A stretch of 32,000 nt of DNA from Wallemia ichthyophaga EXF-994 (Eukaryota > Fungi > Basidiomycota), in NCBI RefSeq assembly GCF_000400465.1, contig NW_008806283.1:150001-182000 (forward strand), in the 5' to 3' direction. Of this stretch, positions 31,901-32,000 are shown piece after piece. Position numbers and translations under genes: made by a program. How positions within the stretch are numbered: position 1 is the first letter of the stretch; every line of letters starts with the position of its first letter. A model generated the notes under the pieces. It did not search any database, was not told the origin of the DNA, and was given only the letters and a program-made list of their open reading frames with translations.

Positions 31901-32000
31901 ATGTATTACAATCAAGTTGAGAATATTAACGTTAAACCATGCGGAGTATAGGGAGGAATGAAAGACCGTTAATAGTATTATTAGGGAACGCGAAAGTCGA
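28973..32000. other. AT-rich region of at least 3 kb with no supportable gene
   Basis: Only one 62-aa ORF in the track and no recognisable spliced gene or RNA by eye, whereas intergenic gaps elsewhere in the window are mostly tens to hundreds of bp. Confidence 0.6.

Overview
Eukaryotic, gene-dense fungal DNA with uniformly short GT-AG introns (44-56 nt). It is probably a compact basidiomycete; a Wallemia-like organism is my inference and is not confirmed. I can support about 16 protein genes: two head-to-head DH-domain RhoGEFs, a secreted Cys-rich two-domain protein, BDP1, a CYS2-type O-acyltransferase, a coiled-coil protein, an NVJ2-like SMP protein, RRP47/C1D, SF3B5/YSF3, DSN1/Mis13, VID28/ARMC8, FMC1, a Ran1/Pat1-family kinase, an orphan single-pass membrane protein and a mitochondrial MetRS, plus an intron-containing tRNA-Gly(GCC). 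Intron boundaries were placed by eye and checked for frame continuity. The main unexplained structure is a pair of nearly identical inverted repeats (9160-9593 and 22786-23223; 2 substitutions and 2 small indels in about 435 bp). They bracket a 13.2-kb block of eight housekeeping genes. Each repeat has three helically phased TTAACG motifs at its inner end and splice-signal-like sequence inside. No recombinase or transposase and no target-site duplication is visible. This is a candidate invertible (flip-flop) segment, or the scar of a recent inversion. Other notable items are a possible Kex2-processed tandem Cys-rich secreted precursor, a divergent gene pair with only 24 bp between start codons, and a gene-free region of at least 3 kb at the right end that is enriched in the same CGTTAA motif.
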